This document shows, in pieces, positions 46,154-56,185 of a stretch of DNA of 64,000 nt (positions within the stretch are counted from its first letter, which is position 1; every line of letters starts with the position of its first letter). A model generated the notes under the pieces. That model searched no databases and was not told where the DNA came from. It saw only the letters and a program-made list of their open reading frames with translations. Made by a program: the position numbers and the translations under genes. The stretch lies in contig DOEE01000003.1 of assembly GCA_003524095.1 (NCBI GenBank), forward strand, positions 89,171 to 153,170, read 5' to 3'. The DNA comes from Clostridiales bacterium (GTDB lineage: Bacteria; Bacillota; Clostridia; Christensenellales; UBA1242).

Positions 46154-48811
46154 ATGAGTAACACAAAAGGAAAAAAATCTAGGACAAAAAAGTCTTTGGC
46201 TAAGTCGAAAGCAAAAAATTCCTTGCCTAAAACTGACAAAAAAGACACAGAAAATATAGCCAAAAAGACAGTGCAAGAAGAAAAGCAAAATATTTTGCTT
46301 GATGCCGAAGCAATTGTAGATGATTCTCAAGAAATAACATCGCACGAAGAGAACGAGCACAAAAGCAAAAAAGAAGTGGTTATCAAAGCTCCTAGGATAA
46401 TTCCTAAGGAAGAAGAAAAGAAGCCAAAATCCAAAAAGAAAAAAGACAAGGCTATTGAAATCGAAAGATATAATCCACAAGTTAAAACCGGTCTTAGTTA
46501 TGACCAAGTACTCAAAAGACAGGAAGAAAAACTTGTCAATGTAGTTGAGTCAAAAAATACAAAGACTTATAGGGCAATAATTTTTGGAAACTTGTTTTCG
46601 TTCTTTAACTTGCTTTGTTTGCTTGTCGCTGTTGCACTAATTTCGGTTGGGGCTTGGGGCGACTGCCTATTTATGTTTATCGTGCTTGCAAATACTCTTA
46701 TTGGCATGATTCAAGAAATCAAGGCAAAAAAGACAATAGAAAAAATCAGTCTTGTTTCGTCACCGACAGCAACAGTCATAAGAGACAAGATGGAAAGCAA
46801 AATTCCAGTAAGCGAACTTGTGCTTGATGATATAATGATTTTGCAAACTGGCAAGCAAATTTGTGCCGATAGTATAGTTTTGGAAGGAACTGTCGAAGTC
46901 AATGAAAGTTTGCTTACGGGTGAAAGTGTTGCTGTCAAAAAGACCAAGGGCGACATACTATATAGCGGAAGCTTTGTTGTTGGTGGAAAGTGTTATGCCA
47001 AGGTTGACAAAGTTGGAAACGATACATATACAGCCAAACTTGCTGCTCAAGCAAAACAATACAAAAAGCCAAAAAGCGAACTTATGGGGACTTTGAATAC
47101 GATTATTACAATAATTGGTATTATAATTATCCCACTATCAATTTTGATGTTCAAAAATAACTATGATTTGCTTGGAAGCGATAATTCAACTGCCGAAATT
47201 ATTCGAAGAACAGCGGGTTCAATGATTGGAATGATTCCTGCTGGCATGTTCTTGCTTACTTCGATGGCTTTGGCAGTAGGTGTTATTAAACTAGCAAAAA
47301 AGCGAACTTTGGTTCAAGATTTGTATTCTATTGAAATGCTTGCAAGGGCAGATGTGTTGTGCCTAGACAAAACAGGCACAATAACTGACGGAACCATGAA
47401 AGTAAACAACGTAATTCAAATCAAAACCGACATGAAACATACTCTTGACCATTTAATTGGCTCAATGCTTACCGCTTTGGATGATAACAACCAAACTAGT
47501 AGAGCACTTATTACTCACTTTGGATATTCCAAAGACATGACCGCATCACATGTTTTGCCATTCAATTCAACACGAAAAATGAGTGGAGTAACATTTACAA
47601 ATGGCGAAACATATGTGTTTGGAGCACCTGAATATGTTTTGAAGACAAAAAATGCCCAAGTGGATAACTTGGTCAAAACTTATGCTAGCAAAGGTTTCAG
47701 AGTCTTGTTATTTGCTCAATGCGATGGAACTTTGAAAGATGACAAAATTCCGCCAAAGAGAGAGCCGGTGGCAATAGTTGTAATTGAAGACCATATTAGA
47801 GAAGATGCGATGGAAACTATTGCATGGTTCAAGGAAAATGGTGTAGATATTAAGATTATATCTGGAGATAACCCAATTACAGTTAGCGAAGTTAGTCGTC
47901 GTGTAGGTGTGGAAAATGCAGATAGATACATAAGTCTTGAAGGGCTTAGTCAACAACAAGTTATAGATGCTGCGGACAACTATACAATATTTGGACGTGT
48001 TAGTCCCGAGCAAAAATGTATACTAGTCAAAGCACTCAAAGCCAAAGGCCACAAGGTTGCTATGACTGGTGATGGTGTCAACGATATTTTGGCACTCAAG
48101 GAAGCCGATTGTAGTGTTGCAATGGCGAGTGGTTCGGAAGCGACTAGACTTGTTAGTAACTTAGTACTATTGGATAGCAACTTTTCGTCAATGCCATCGG
48201 TGGTTGCCGAAGGTAGGCGTGTTATTAACAATATTCAAAAGTCATCATCGCTATTCTTGATGAAAACTATTTATACAATATTGCTATCAATTTTCTACAT
48301 AATCATTGGTCAGTTGTATCCATTTACAACAAGACAGGTATTATTGCTTGAAACCTTAGTTATTGGTGTGCCTTCGTTCTTCCTTGCATTACAACCGAAC
48401 AACGAAAAAATCAAGGGTAAGTTCTTGTCCAATTTGTTGTCAAAATCTTTGCCGGGGGCTTTAATATTATTTATTAATGTTATTGCTTGTTACTTATTTG
48501 ATTTGGCGCTAGGAACAGATGGACAGTTCCAAACAATGGCATCTTTGTCTATTACATTTGTAGGACTTCTTGTACTATTTAGACTATGTAAGCCATTTGA
48601 TGTATTTAGAGGAATTATGTTTGCGTGCATGGTTACTTTGTGTGTAGCAATACTTTCTGTTAAGTCTTGGGCAAGTTTCTTTGAATATGTTCCACTAAAC
48701 TTAACTAATATTTTATTTATAATTTGTGTTGTGCTAGTTTCATATCCAGTTTATGATGGAATTGTTAAAGGACTTGACAAATTAATTTATGGCAATGCAA
48801 AAAAACAGTAA
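46154..48811 (+). CDS. cation-translocating P-type ATPase (HAD-IC) with Lys-rich N-terminal extension
   Basis: DKTGTITDG phosphorylation site, MTGDGVNDILALKEAD hinge and TGES. SD AAGGAAAA before ATG 46154. The first ~140 aa are a low-complexity K/E-rich region. Confidence 0.88.
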   Translation: MSNTKGKKSRTKKSLAKSKAKNSLPKTDKKDTENIAKKTVQEEKQNILLDAEAIVDDSQEITSHEENEHKSKKEVVIKAPRIIPKEEEKKPKSKKKKDKAIEIERYNPQVKTGLSYDQVLKRQEEKLVNVVESKNTKTYRAIIFGNLFSFFNLLCLLVAVALISVGAWGDCLFMFIVLANTLIGMIQEIKAKKTIEKISLVSSPTATVIRDKMESKIPVSELVLDDIMILQTGKQICADSIVLEGTVEVNESLLTGESVAVKKTKGDILYSGSFVVGGKCYAKVDKVGNDTYTAKLAAQAKQYKKPKSELMGTLNTIITIIGIIIIPLSILMFKNNYDLLGSDNSTAEIIRRTAGSMIGMIPAGMFLLTSMALAVGVIKLAKKRTLVQDLYSIEMLARADVLCLDKTGTITDGTMKVNNVIQIKTDMKHTLDHLIGSMLTALDDNNQTSRALITHFGYSKDMTASHVLPFNSTRKMSGVTFTNGETYVFGAPEYVLKTKNAQVDNLVKTYASKGFRVLLFAQCDGTLKDDKIPPKREPVAIVVIEDHIREDAMETIAWFKENGVDIKIISGDNPITVSEVSRRVGVENADRYISLEGLSQQQVIDAADNYTIFGRVSPEQKCILVKALKAKGHKVAMTGDGVNDILALKEADCSVAMASGSEATRLVSNLVLLDSNFSSMPSVVAEGRRVINNIQKSSSLFLMKTIYTILLSIFYIIIGQLYPFTTRQVLLLETLVIGVPSFFLALQPNNEKIKGKFLSNLLSKSLPGALILFINVIACYLFDLALGTDGQFQTMASLSITFVGLLVLFRLCKPFDVFRGIMFACMVTLCVAILSVKSWASFFEYVPLNLTNILFIICVVLVSYPVYDGIVKGLDKLIYGNAKKQ

Positions 48812-48821
48812 GGAAATTTAA

Positions 48822-49739
48822 ATGAACAAATACATATCAGTTGATGCTATTGAAAAAAAACAAGAAAGAGATTTAAACAAATTCGTTTTTGATACCGAGA
48901 GTAGATATAGGGGGCAGTTATTTACACTTGCAAACAAAATTTTGACGAAAAACAATGTTAAAATAGTCTTGCTTTGTGGACCTAGTTGTGCAGGAAAAAC
49001 AACAACTGCCAAACTTTTGAAACAAATACTTGAATTAAAGGGACGTGTTGTAGATGTTATATCCATGGACGATTTCTTTATTGATTTAGACAAACGAAAA
49101 CCACTTCCTAACGGAAAACCAGATTTTGATAGTCCAGACATACTCGATTATGAACTTATGAAAGAGTGCTTTTCAAAATACTTCGGTGGCGAAGATGTTA
49201 AGTTTCCAGAATACGACTTCAAACAAAGCAAGTCAATCCATGATGCCAAGCCTTACAAATACAAATTTAATTCGATTGTAATTTTTGAAGGAATACACGT
49301 TTTGAATCCTAGAGTTCTCAAGAGTTTGGGAACATCAAATTATTTCAAAATTTATGTGAGTCCACTTCAGTCTTTCAAAAATGACAAATTCCAATTGTCG
49401 TCCAAAAATTTAAGACTTCTCAGAAGATGTATAAGAGATATTGATAGACGTAACACTATGCCCAAGAAAACTTGCGAAATTTGGCCGGAAGTAACGGCTG
49501 TCGAAGAGCAATTTATTGAGCCATATAGAACCAAAGTGGATTATTTTGTAGATACAATGCACGAATATGAACTCTGTGTCTACAAGTCCGAAGTGGAAAG
49601 ATTTGTAAGAGAAGATAGGGTTAAGATTGACGATATTCCTTTCTATAGTCTATTCAAAAATCTTACACCAATATCCAAAGATATTATTCCAGATACCTCA
49701 CTTATGTGGGAATTTGTAACCAAGGATAAAGACAAGTAA
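48822..49739 (+). CDS. uridine-kinase/PRK-family P-loop kinase-like protein
   Basis: P-loop LLCGPSCAGKTTTAKLL, ISMDDFF and FEGIHVLNP. Confidence 0.55.
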   Translation: MNKYISVDAIEKKQERDLNKFVFDTESRYRGQLFTLANKILTKNNVKIVLLCGPSCAGKTTTAKLLKQILELKGRVVDVISMDDFFIDLDKRKPLPNGKPDFDSPDILDYELMKECFSKYFGGEDVKFPEYDFKQSKSIHDAKPYKYKFNSIVIFEGIHVLNPRVLKSLGTSNYFKIYVSPLQSFKNDKFQLSSKNLRLLRRCIRDIDRRNTMPKKTCEIWPEVTAVEEQFIEPYRTKVDYFVDTMHEYELCVYKSEVERFVREDRVKIDDIPFYSLFKNLTPISKDIIPDTSLMWEFVTKDKDK

Positions 49740-49838
49740 ATTAGAAAGATGTTTGCTTTTGCAGACGTCTTTTGTTTTTTATAATCATTTAGTCCGCATT
49801 TTCCAAAAATATCCATTATATAATTTGTCTAATTTCCC

Positions 49839-49867
49839 TTTACAAAATGTAAGCCCAGTGCTATACT
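49839..49867 (+). promoter_or_regulatory. promoter TTTACA-17-TATACT
   Basis: Counted directly. It lies immediately upstream of the LexA box. Confidence 0.6.
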
Positions 49868-49872
49868 TTTAT

Positions 49873-49886
49873 AGAACAAATGTTCT
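49873..49886 (+). promoter_or_regulatory. LexA (SOS / Cheo) box AGAACAAATGTTCT
   Basis: Perfect GAAC-N4-GTTC palindrome 5 nt downstream of the -10, about 100 nt upstream of the Y-family polymerase start. Confidence 0.75.
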
Positions 49887-49985
49887 ACTATGTCAAAACA
49901 TATCGGTATAACCATATACTTTTTTGAAAATATACTGATTTGGCGATTTTGGGTGTATCTAAGTAAATGGAAAGGAAGAGAATTT

Positions 49986-51236
49986 ATGGGAAGATTTATA
50001 CTCCATAGTGACCTTAATAATTTTTATGCAAGTGTTGAGAGTTTGTACAATCCTAGTGTTCGAAACAAGGCGGTTGTTGTGGTTGGAGATGAAGAAAAAA
50101 GACATGGAATAGTTCTTGCCAAAAATTATATAGCCAAAGCATACAATATTAAGACGGGAGATACTGTTTGGGAGGCTCGACAAAAGTGCAAGGGCGAACT
50201 TGTGTGCTTGCCTGCAAGATTTGAACTGTATCTTTACATAAGCAAATTAGTCAAGGATATTTATAGAGAGTATTCAGATAGGGTCGAGAGTTTTGGAATT
50301 GATGAGGCATGGATAGATATATCTCATTTGGCTCAAGACTTTGACCAAGCCGAAAAGATTGCTAACAACATAAGGGCTAGGATAATTGCCGAAATAGGGC
50401 TAACTGTGAGCATAGGTGTTAGTTTTAATAAGGTCTTTGCCAAACTTGGAAGCGATATAAAAAAACCGAATGCAGTTACAACCATAACACCCCAAAATTA
50501 CAAAGATTTAATTTGGGGGTTGCCAGCAAGTGACCTTTTGTATGTTGGAAGAGCAACGACCAAAAAATTTGAAAAAGCAGGAATAAGAACTATTGGCGAC
50601 TTGGCTGTGGCGGACAAAAAATATCTAAAAATTACACTTGGCAAAATGGGACAGGTCTTGTATGATTTTGCAAACGGACTAGATAATACCGAAGTGACAA
50701 GCATATTCAAGACTGAAAAAATCAAATCGTTTGGAAATAGTACAACTTGCCCAATCGACTTGAGTACAAACGAGCAAGTCAAGAGTGTAATATATTTGCT
50801 AGCAGAAAGCGTTGCCGAAAGAATGAAGAAAAAAGATGCATATGCTAGTTGTGTGTGTCTTTGGGTCAAGGATACCAACTTGCAGTCGTTTGAAAGACAA
50901 ATCGCACTTAATAATCCGACAAACGTGTCACTAGATATTGCCCAGCATGCTTATAGACTTTTTTTGGAACATTACGATTGGAGTTTGGATGTTAGAGCGT
51001 TGGGTGTAAGAGTTACAAATTTGTGCGAGGGTAAGATTCAAGAGGATATTTTTCATATAGGACAAAATTTGGAAAAACAACAAAAGTTGGAAAATACTAT
51101 AGAGAATTTAAGGTCAAGATTTGGGTATAATATTATAAGACGAGCAAATATTTTGGAAAATGAAAATTTGGCAACATTAAACCCTACAACTGAGACACAT
51201 ATAATACATCCGGTGGGATTTTTTAAGCCTATATAA
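49986..51236 (+). CDS. Y-family (translesion) DNA polymerase, UmuC/YqjW-like
   Basis: ILHSDLNNFYASVE, SIDEAWIDIS-like GIDEAWIDIS and SIGVSFNKVFAKLGSD. SD GGAAAGGAAGAG before ATG 49986 (the ORF track opens at 49890). Confidence 0.88.
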   Translation: MGRFILHSDLNNFYASVESLYNPSVRNKAVVVVGDEEKRHGIVLAKNYIAKAYNIKTGDTVWEARQKCKGELVCLPARFELYLYISKLVKDIYREYSDRVESFGIDEAWIDISHLAQDFDQAEKIANNIRARIIAEIGLTVSIGVSFNKVFAKLGSDIKKPNAVTTITPQNYKDLIWGLPASDLLYVGRATTKKFEKAGIRTIGDLAVADKKYLKITLGKMGQVLYDFANGLDNTEVTSIFKTEKIKSFGNSTTCPIDLSTNEQVKSVIYLLAESVAERMKKKDAYASCVCLWVKDTNLQSFERQIALNNPTNVSLDIAQHAYRLFLEHYDWSLDVRALGVRVTNLCEGKIQEDIFHIGQNLEKQQKLENTIENLRSRFGYNIIRRANILENENLATLNPTTETHIIHPVGFFKPI

Positions 51237-51262
51237 AATACTTGGGAAAGCGGGTGGAAGAC

Positions 51263-51493
51263 ATGAACAAAAAATACGTCAAAGTAACTGTCGAAATTGA
51301 CGAAAACGGAAAGAAAAAGCCATTGACAATTGACTTCGACGGAAAAATATTTAATATAGACAAGGTGCTTGATTGTAGACCTGCAGTATCAATGAAGGTA
51401 GGCGGACTAGGGGATAGATATACGGTGAGAATTTGTAGGCATGAGACATACTTGTTTAACGAGAGAAACAAGTGGTTTGTTGAAGAAAAATAA
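51263..51493 (+). CDS. small hypothetical protein co-transcribed with the Y-family polymerase
   Basis: SD GGTGGA 5 nt before ATG 51263. 76 aa. 26-nt gap after the polymerase stop. Confidence 0.5.
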   Translation: MNKKYVKVTVEIDENGKKKPLTIDFDGKIFNIDKVLDCRPAVSMKVGGLGDRYTVRICRHETYLFNERNKWFVEEK

Positions 51494-51535
51494 AATTATA
51501 TGTATAATATCCAAAATAATGTGTAAACTAAAAAT

Positions 51536-51602
51536 AAGATAAGGATATAACCTTATCTTCTAGCGAGAAATCAAGGGCAAGGATGTTTGTATCCTTGCCC
51601 TT
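51536..51602. terminator. pair of hairpins between convergent genes
   Basis: AAGATAAGG/CCTTATCTT (9 bp) and AAGGGCAAGGAT/ATCCTTGCCCTT (12 bp). A U-run follows on the minus strand after the first hairpin. Confidence 0.65.
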
Positions 51603-51625
51603 TCTCGTGTTATATGATTTTCAAA

Positions 51626-53110
51626 TTATTTGATTTCTACAATCTTGACTTTCCCGTTAATCCATGATTCAAATATACCACGCATGTTGCATTTTGCACC
51701 TTTGCTAAATGACTCAATCAGTGTGTCGGGAGTAGCAATTTTAAACTTGTTATCTTCAAAGTATGTTTGCAAACATTTAATAAATTTTTCTTTGCCCAGT
51801 ACATCTTTTAGGCTATCAAACATAAGCATGCCTTTGACATATGAAATGTATACATATTCACTTTCGTTGTTGTATTCATTAAGACGTCTATTCATTGATG
51901 TATCTACTTTTCCAAATACTTTGGTGTAAACGTCAACAAAAGTCACATAACTATTTGTTGTGTTTTTGATTAACTCTTTGGTGTTTACATTATAGTTTGG
52001 ATTTTCGTCATAAAACAAAACAGTTGAATATTCAGTTAGTCCTTCATCAAGCCAGCCATAATGATACTCGTTGTTTCCGATTATTCCATACCACCATTGA
52101 TGAGCTATTTCATGAACAATTACATTAATATAATCGCTTTGAACATCAACCATGTCGGATATTAGTACAAGATTTGGATATTCCATTCCGCCATGGACAA
52201 AGTCCGATTCGACCACGTTTAAAACTTTGTATGGATATGTTCCAAATAGTCTATTAAATGTAATTACTGCGTCAACTGATGTTCTAATAGCTTCGTTGGG
52301 ATATTGGTTTTTATAGTAATAGTAATTGACAGTAGTGTCGCCAGCCTTGTCAGAAACTACGTTGAATTTGTCAGAAAGTACTATTGCAAAATCTCTTATT
52401 GTAAGTGCATTAATTGTGTATGTATTTATGTTTTCGTTTGACTCTTGTGATGTTAGATTTCCGGACGATGCCATAACTAAATTATTTGGTGCATGCAAAG
52501 TAATACTATAATTTGCAACGTCTGAATAGAATGGGTCACCATTGTAGTGATAACTATCTATTACAAATTCGCCGTCTTCATACATGCAAGCAATTGGATA
52601 AAAATTGGCAATATTAATTGTATCATCTCCATATCCAAAGCGATGATTAATATTCGGAATAACAACTGTGTATTCAAAGTAAATGCTAGTGGTTTCATTT
52701 GGGCGTAAAGGTTTGTCTAATTTGACATTTGCAATATCTTCGTCATTGCCGATAATTTCAATTTCACTATCGCTACCATTAACTTGTTGTTTTGAAATAT
52801 TTAGGCTTCCATAACTCGAGCCATATTCATAACACTTTTTGTAATTAAGAGTACTAACAACACTCGACTTTGCACCCAGTCTAAAACTTTGTGGATACAA
52901 GTGAAACATTATGTTATCAAGAGTAGTGTCGGTATTGTTTTTGTAATCAACAGTTTGTTTGCATGTTAGTGTGTGGTCGTCATTATATGTTATGTCTATT
53001 GTGTATGAAGATAGATTTTTGGAAGCATTAAGCACTTCGTCACTTTTGCAACCAGCAAACAAAAATAAAACTGGAAGCAATAGCACAAGTATATATCTTT
53101 TTAGTTTCAT
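51626..53110 (-). CDS. M1 family metallopeptidase lipoprotein
   Basis: Lipobox LFAGC. Zinc site HEIAHQWWYG...WLDEGLTEY. GMEYP (GxMEN-like) motif. Confidence 0.85.
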   Translation of the reverse strand: MKLKRYILVLLLPVLFLFAGCKSDEVLNASKNLSSYTIDITYNDDHTLTCKQTVDYKNNTDTTLDNIMFHLYPQSFRLGAKSSVVSTLNYKKCYEYGSSYGSLNISKQQVNGSDSEIEIIGNDEDIANVKLDKPLRPNETTSIYFEYTVVIPNINHRFGYGDDTINIANFYPIACMYEDGEFVIDSYHYNGDPFYSDVANYSITLHAPNNLVMASSGNLTSQESNENINTYTINALTIRDFAIVLSDKFNVVSDKAGDTTVNYYYYKNQYPNEAIRTSVDAVITFNRLFGTYPYKVLNVVESDFVHGGMEYPNLVLISDMVDVQSDYINVIVHEIAHQWWYGIIGNNEYHYGWLDEGLTEYSTVLFYDENPNYNVNTKELIKNTTNSYVTFVDVYTKVFGKVDTSMNRRLNEYNNESEYVYISYVKGMLMFDSLKDVLGKEKFIKCLQTYFEDNKFKIATPDTLIESFSKGAKCNMRGIFESWINGKVKIVEIK

Positions 53111-53294
53111 AAAGTTCCCCTTTTTGAATTTGTAATTTTCGAATTTACTAAAATATTTATATTAATCCGCTTGTCCGTTTATGCAAAAAAAGTAATAATT
53201 GGGTTTTGGATAACCAAGTGCCATTATCTTTATACTAAGATTGAATATACAAAAATATTTAACAAAATTATTCAAAATATGTTAAAATAATTTT

Positions 53295-54215
53295 GTGGAA
53301 AGATATAATCACTTAAATATGTATTTAAAAAAACGATTTGGAAAACGAACACTCAAAATTTGTGTGGACGGAAATTTTACTTGTCCTAATAGAGATGGGA
53401 CAAAAGGGATAGGTGGTTGTATATTTTGCGGAAGCAGTGGTTCGGGCGAAAATATCAAAGGCAAATGTGAAGATACTCTTGACTCTATCAAAAATCAAGT
53501 AAATTTATTTTTGAATAGTTATAGGGGTTTGAGAGCGGAGCAGTTTATTATATACTTTCAATCTTTTAGTGGGACATATGATTCTATAGAAAATCTAAAG
53601 AAAAAATATGACATGGCACTAAGCCAAAGTCCCAAAATTATAGGCTTGGAAGTTGCGACCAGACCAGATTTGATTGATGACGATGTGTCTAAACTACTTG
53701 CTTCTTACAAAAGTAAGTATTATGTTTGTGTTGAACTAGGTCTTCAAACTACTAATTTAGAAATTGCAGATAAAATTAATAGATGTTATTCAAATGAAGA
53801 TTTTGCGCGTGCTTGCAAGATTTTAAAGAGTTATGGTATTGATGTTGTGGCACATATAATGGTTGGTCTAAATGAGAGTGATGATGATTTAATCAGTACC
53901 GTTAAATTTATAAATAATCTAGGTGTAAATGGTGTCAAGATTCATAATACTTATGTATTGAAAGATACTAAACTTGGACAGATGTACTTAAGTGGAGAGT
54001 ATAAACCTTTGACACAAAGTGCATATGAACTCGCGGTTTGCAAGATTATAAGAAGTCTTAGACCCGACATTATAATACACAGAATTACTGGCGACCCGCC
54101 AAAAGACATGTGTCTAGCACCAGAGTGGGCTATGCACAAAAAGTTGATTTTAAACGGAATAACAAAAAGATTAAATGATTTGGATATTTATCAAGGAGAT
54201 AATTACAAAGGTTAG
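53295..54215 (+). CDS. TIGR01212-type radical SAM protein
   Basis: CPNRDGTKGIGGCIFC cluster motif near the N-terminus. GTG start is inferred because conserved residues precede the first ATG. Confidence 0.75.
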   Translation: MERYNHLNMYLKKRFGKRTLKICVDGNFTCPNRDGTKGIGGCIFCGSSGSGENIKGKCEDTLDSIKNQVNLFLNSYRGLRAEQFIIYFQSFSGTYDSIENLKKKYDMALSQSPKIIGLEVATRPDLIDDDVSKLLASYKSKYYVCVELGLQTTNLEIADKINRCYSNEDFARACKILKSYGIDVVAHIMVGLNESDDDLISTVKFINNLGVNGVKIHNTYVLKDTKLGQMYLSGEYKPLTQSAYELAVCKIIRSLRPDIIIHRITGDPPKDMCLAPEWAMHKKLILNGITKRLNDLDIYQGDNYKG

Positions 54216-54223
54216 GTGAATTT

Positions 54224-55129
54224 ATGAAAAAAATTGTAATAGTAGGATGTGGAAACGTTGGTATGAGTTATGCTTATGCAATGGTTGTAAATGGTGTGGC
54301 CATTGATGAACTTGTGCTAATAGATATTAACAAAGAAAAAGCCGAAGGCGAAGCCAGTGATTTGAGTCATGCAATGTCCTATGCACCCAAGAATTTCAAA
54401 GTTTTTGCTGGAGATTACTCAGACTGTGCAGATGCAACAATAGTTTGTATTTGTGCAGGAAGAAACCAAAATGTAGGAGAGACAAGAACCGATTTAATTA
54501 ACAAAAACAAAGATGTATTTCAAAGCGTTGTATCTGAAGTTGGAAAATCTGGGTTTAATGGCATTTATTTGGTTGCAACAAATCCTTTGGACATAATGAC
54601 GGATATAACTTTTAGGCTTTCGGGATTTCCTTCAAGTAGGGTAATTGGTAGTGGAACCACCCTTGACTCGGCTAGACTTAGATATTTGGTGGGACAAAAA
54701 TTAAATATTAGTCCAAAGAGTATTCATGGCTATGTAATTGGGGAGCATGGAGATAGTGAGTTTATTCCTTGGAATAATGTAATGATTGGATTAGAAAAAG
54801 CCGAAAAGTTTTTGACAAAAGAACAGATGAGTGAAATTCAAAACGAAGTTTGTAGTAGTGCCTATAATATCATTAAGAAAAAAGGCAATACCAGTTATGG
54901 AATAGGAATGTCTCTTCTCAAAATTACAAATGCAATTTTGGATAATCAAAATGCAATAATCTCAGTGTCGGCATACAATAAAGTTAACGATTGTTATTTT
55001 TCAATCCCTTCAATTGTAAATAAATCGGGTGTTAGTCGTACTTTGTATATAACTCTTACTCCCGAAGATGAAAAATACTTGCTAAAATCAATTCAAAAAA
55101 TCAAGTCGGACAAACAAAACTTACTCTAA
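54224..55129 (+). CDS. ldh: L-lactate dehydrogenase
   Basis: IVGCGNVGMSYAY NAD fold, GSGTTLDSARLR and GEHGDSEF. Confidence 0.85.
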   Translation: MKKIVIVGCGNVGMSYAYAMVVNGVAIDELVLIDINKEKAEGEASDLSHAMSYAPKNFKVFAGDYSDCADATIVCICAGRNQNVGETRTDLINKNKDVFQSVVSEVGKSGFNGIYLVATNPLDIMTDITFRLSGFPSSRVIGSGTTLDSARLRYLVGQKLNISPKSIHGYVIGEHGDSEFIPWNNVMIGLEKAEKFLTKEQMSEIQNEVCSSAYNIIKKKGNTSYGIGMSLLKITNAILDNQNAIISVSAYNKVNDCYFSIPSIVNKSGVSRTLYITLTPEDEKYLLKSIQKIKSDKQNLL

Positions 55130-55153
55130 AAGCCGGAATTTTCTGGCTTTTTT
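55129..55153 (+). terminator. rho-independent terminator
   Basis: Stem AGCCGGA/TCTGGCT (one G-U pair) followed by T6. Confidence 0.7.
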
Positions 55154-55269
55154 CTTTTTAAATTTGGATTATAAAAGTCAAAACATATTGGTTTTTTCAT
55201 ATATATTACAAATAATTATTTAATATATTTAAATAATTGATTGAAAAAATTATTGTTTTGGGGTAAAAT

Positions 55270-56184
55270 ATGAAAGTACATAATTTAAATTTGACAAAAC
55301 TTAAAAAACGACTAAAGTCGAGTGAAGTTTTTGAAAATTATAATCTGAAAAATATGACAACCTTTAGGGTTGGTGGCAAAGCCAAGTATTTTTTGAAACT
55401 TTGCACAATTGAAGATTTTGTCAAGGCTATGCTTTATTTGCAAGATATACATGCAAAAATATTTGTACTAGGCAACGGAAGTAATATTGTCTTTTCGGAC
55501 AATGGATACGACGGAGTTGTAATTAAATTATGTGGAGACTTTGAGAGAATTCAAGAGACACACGATGATATACAAGTCGGTGCTGGAGTGATGATTTCAA
55601 GTGTTATTAGTTATGCTTGTGAACATGGACTTGGTGGAATAGAAAAAGCCATTGGAGTTCCAGCAAGTATGGGTGGTGCAACTTGTATGAATTTGGGTTG
55701 TTTTGGATTTGAAATGTCTAATATAATATCTTTTGTAGTGGCTTATGATTTAACAAAACAAAAAATTATATATTTGAATAATTCGGATTGTGAGTTTGGC
55801 TATCGCAAAAGCATATTTTCAAACAAAAATTATATAATTTTGAGAATTGGGCTAAAACTGACGCCTTGCAAAAAAGATGTCATAAAAAACACCATGCTAG
55901 AAACTCTCAAAAAAAGAAACACCACCCAGCCAAAAGGGTTTTCGGCAGGTTGCGTTTTCAAACGAGTAGATGGCATAGTTGTATCCAAATTATTAGACGA
56001 GATGGGTGCAAAAGGAATGTCCAAAGGAAACGCACAGGTATCCCAAAAGCATGCTAATTTTATATTAAATTTAGGCAATGCAAAAAGCACTGAAATATTT
56101 GAGTTAATCGAAGAATTAAAACAAAAATTTTTTGAAAAGTACAAAATTAAATTGGATTGTGAAATCGAATTTGTAGGAGAATAA
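55270..56184 (+). CDS. murB: UDP-N-acetylenolpyruvoylglucosamine reductase
   Basis: TTFRVGGKAKYF, LGNGSNI and GAGC/SAGCVFK motifs of type II MurB. Confidence 0.88.
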   Translation: MKVHNLNLTKLKKRLKSSEVFENYNLKNMTTFRVGGKAKYFLKLCTIEDFVKAMLYLQDIHAKIFVLGNGSNIVFSDNGYDGVVIKLCGDFERIQETHDDIQVGAGVMISSVISYACEHGLGGIEKAIGVPASMGGATCMNLGCFGFEMSNIISFVVAYDLTKQKIIYLNNSDCEFGYRKSIFSNKNYIILRIGLKLTPCKKDVIKNTMLETLKKRNTTQPKGFSAGCVFKRVDGIVVSKLLDEMGAKGMSKGNAQVSQKHANFILNLGNAKSTEIFELIEELKQKFFEKYKIKLDCEIEFVGE

Positions 56185-56185
56185 A

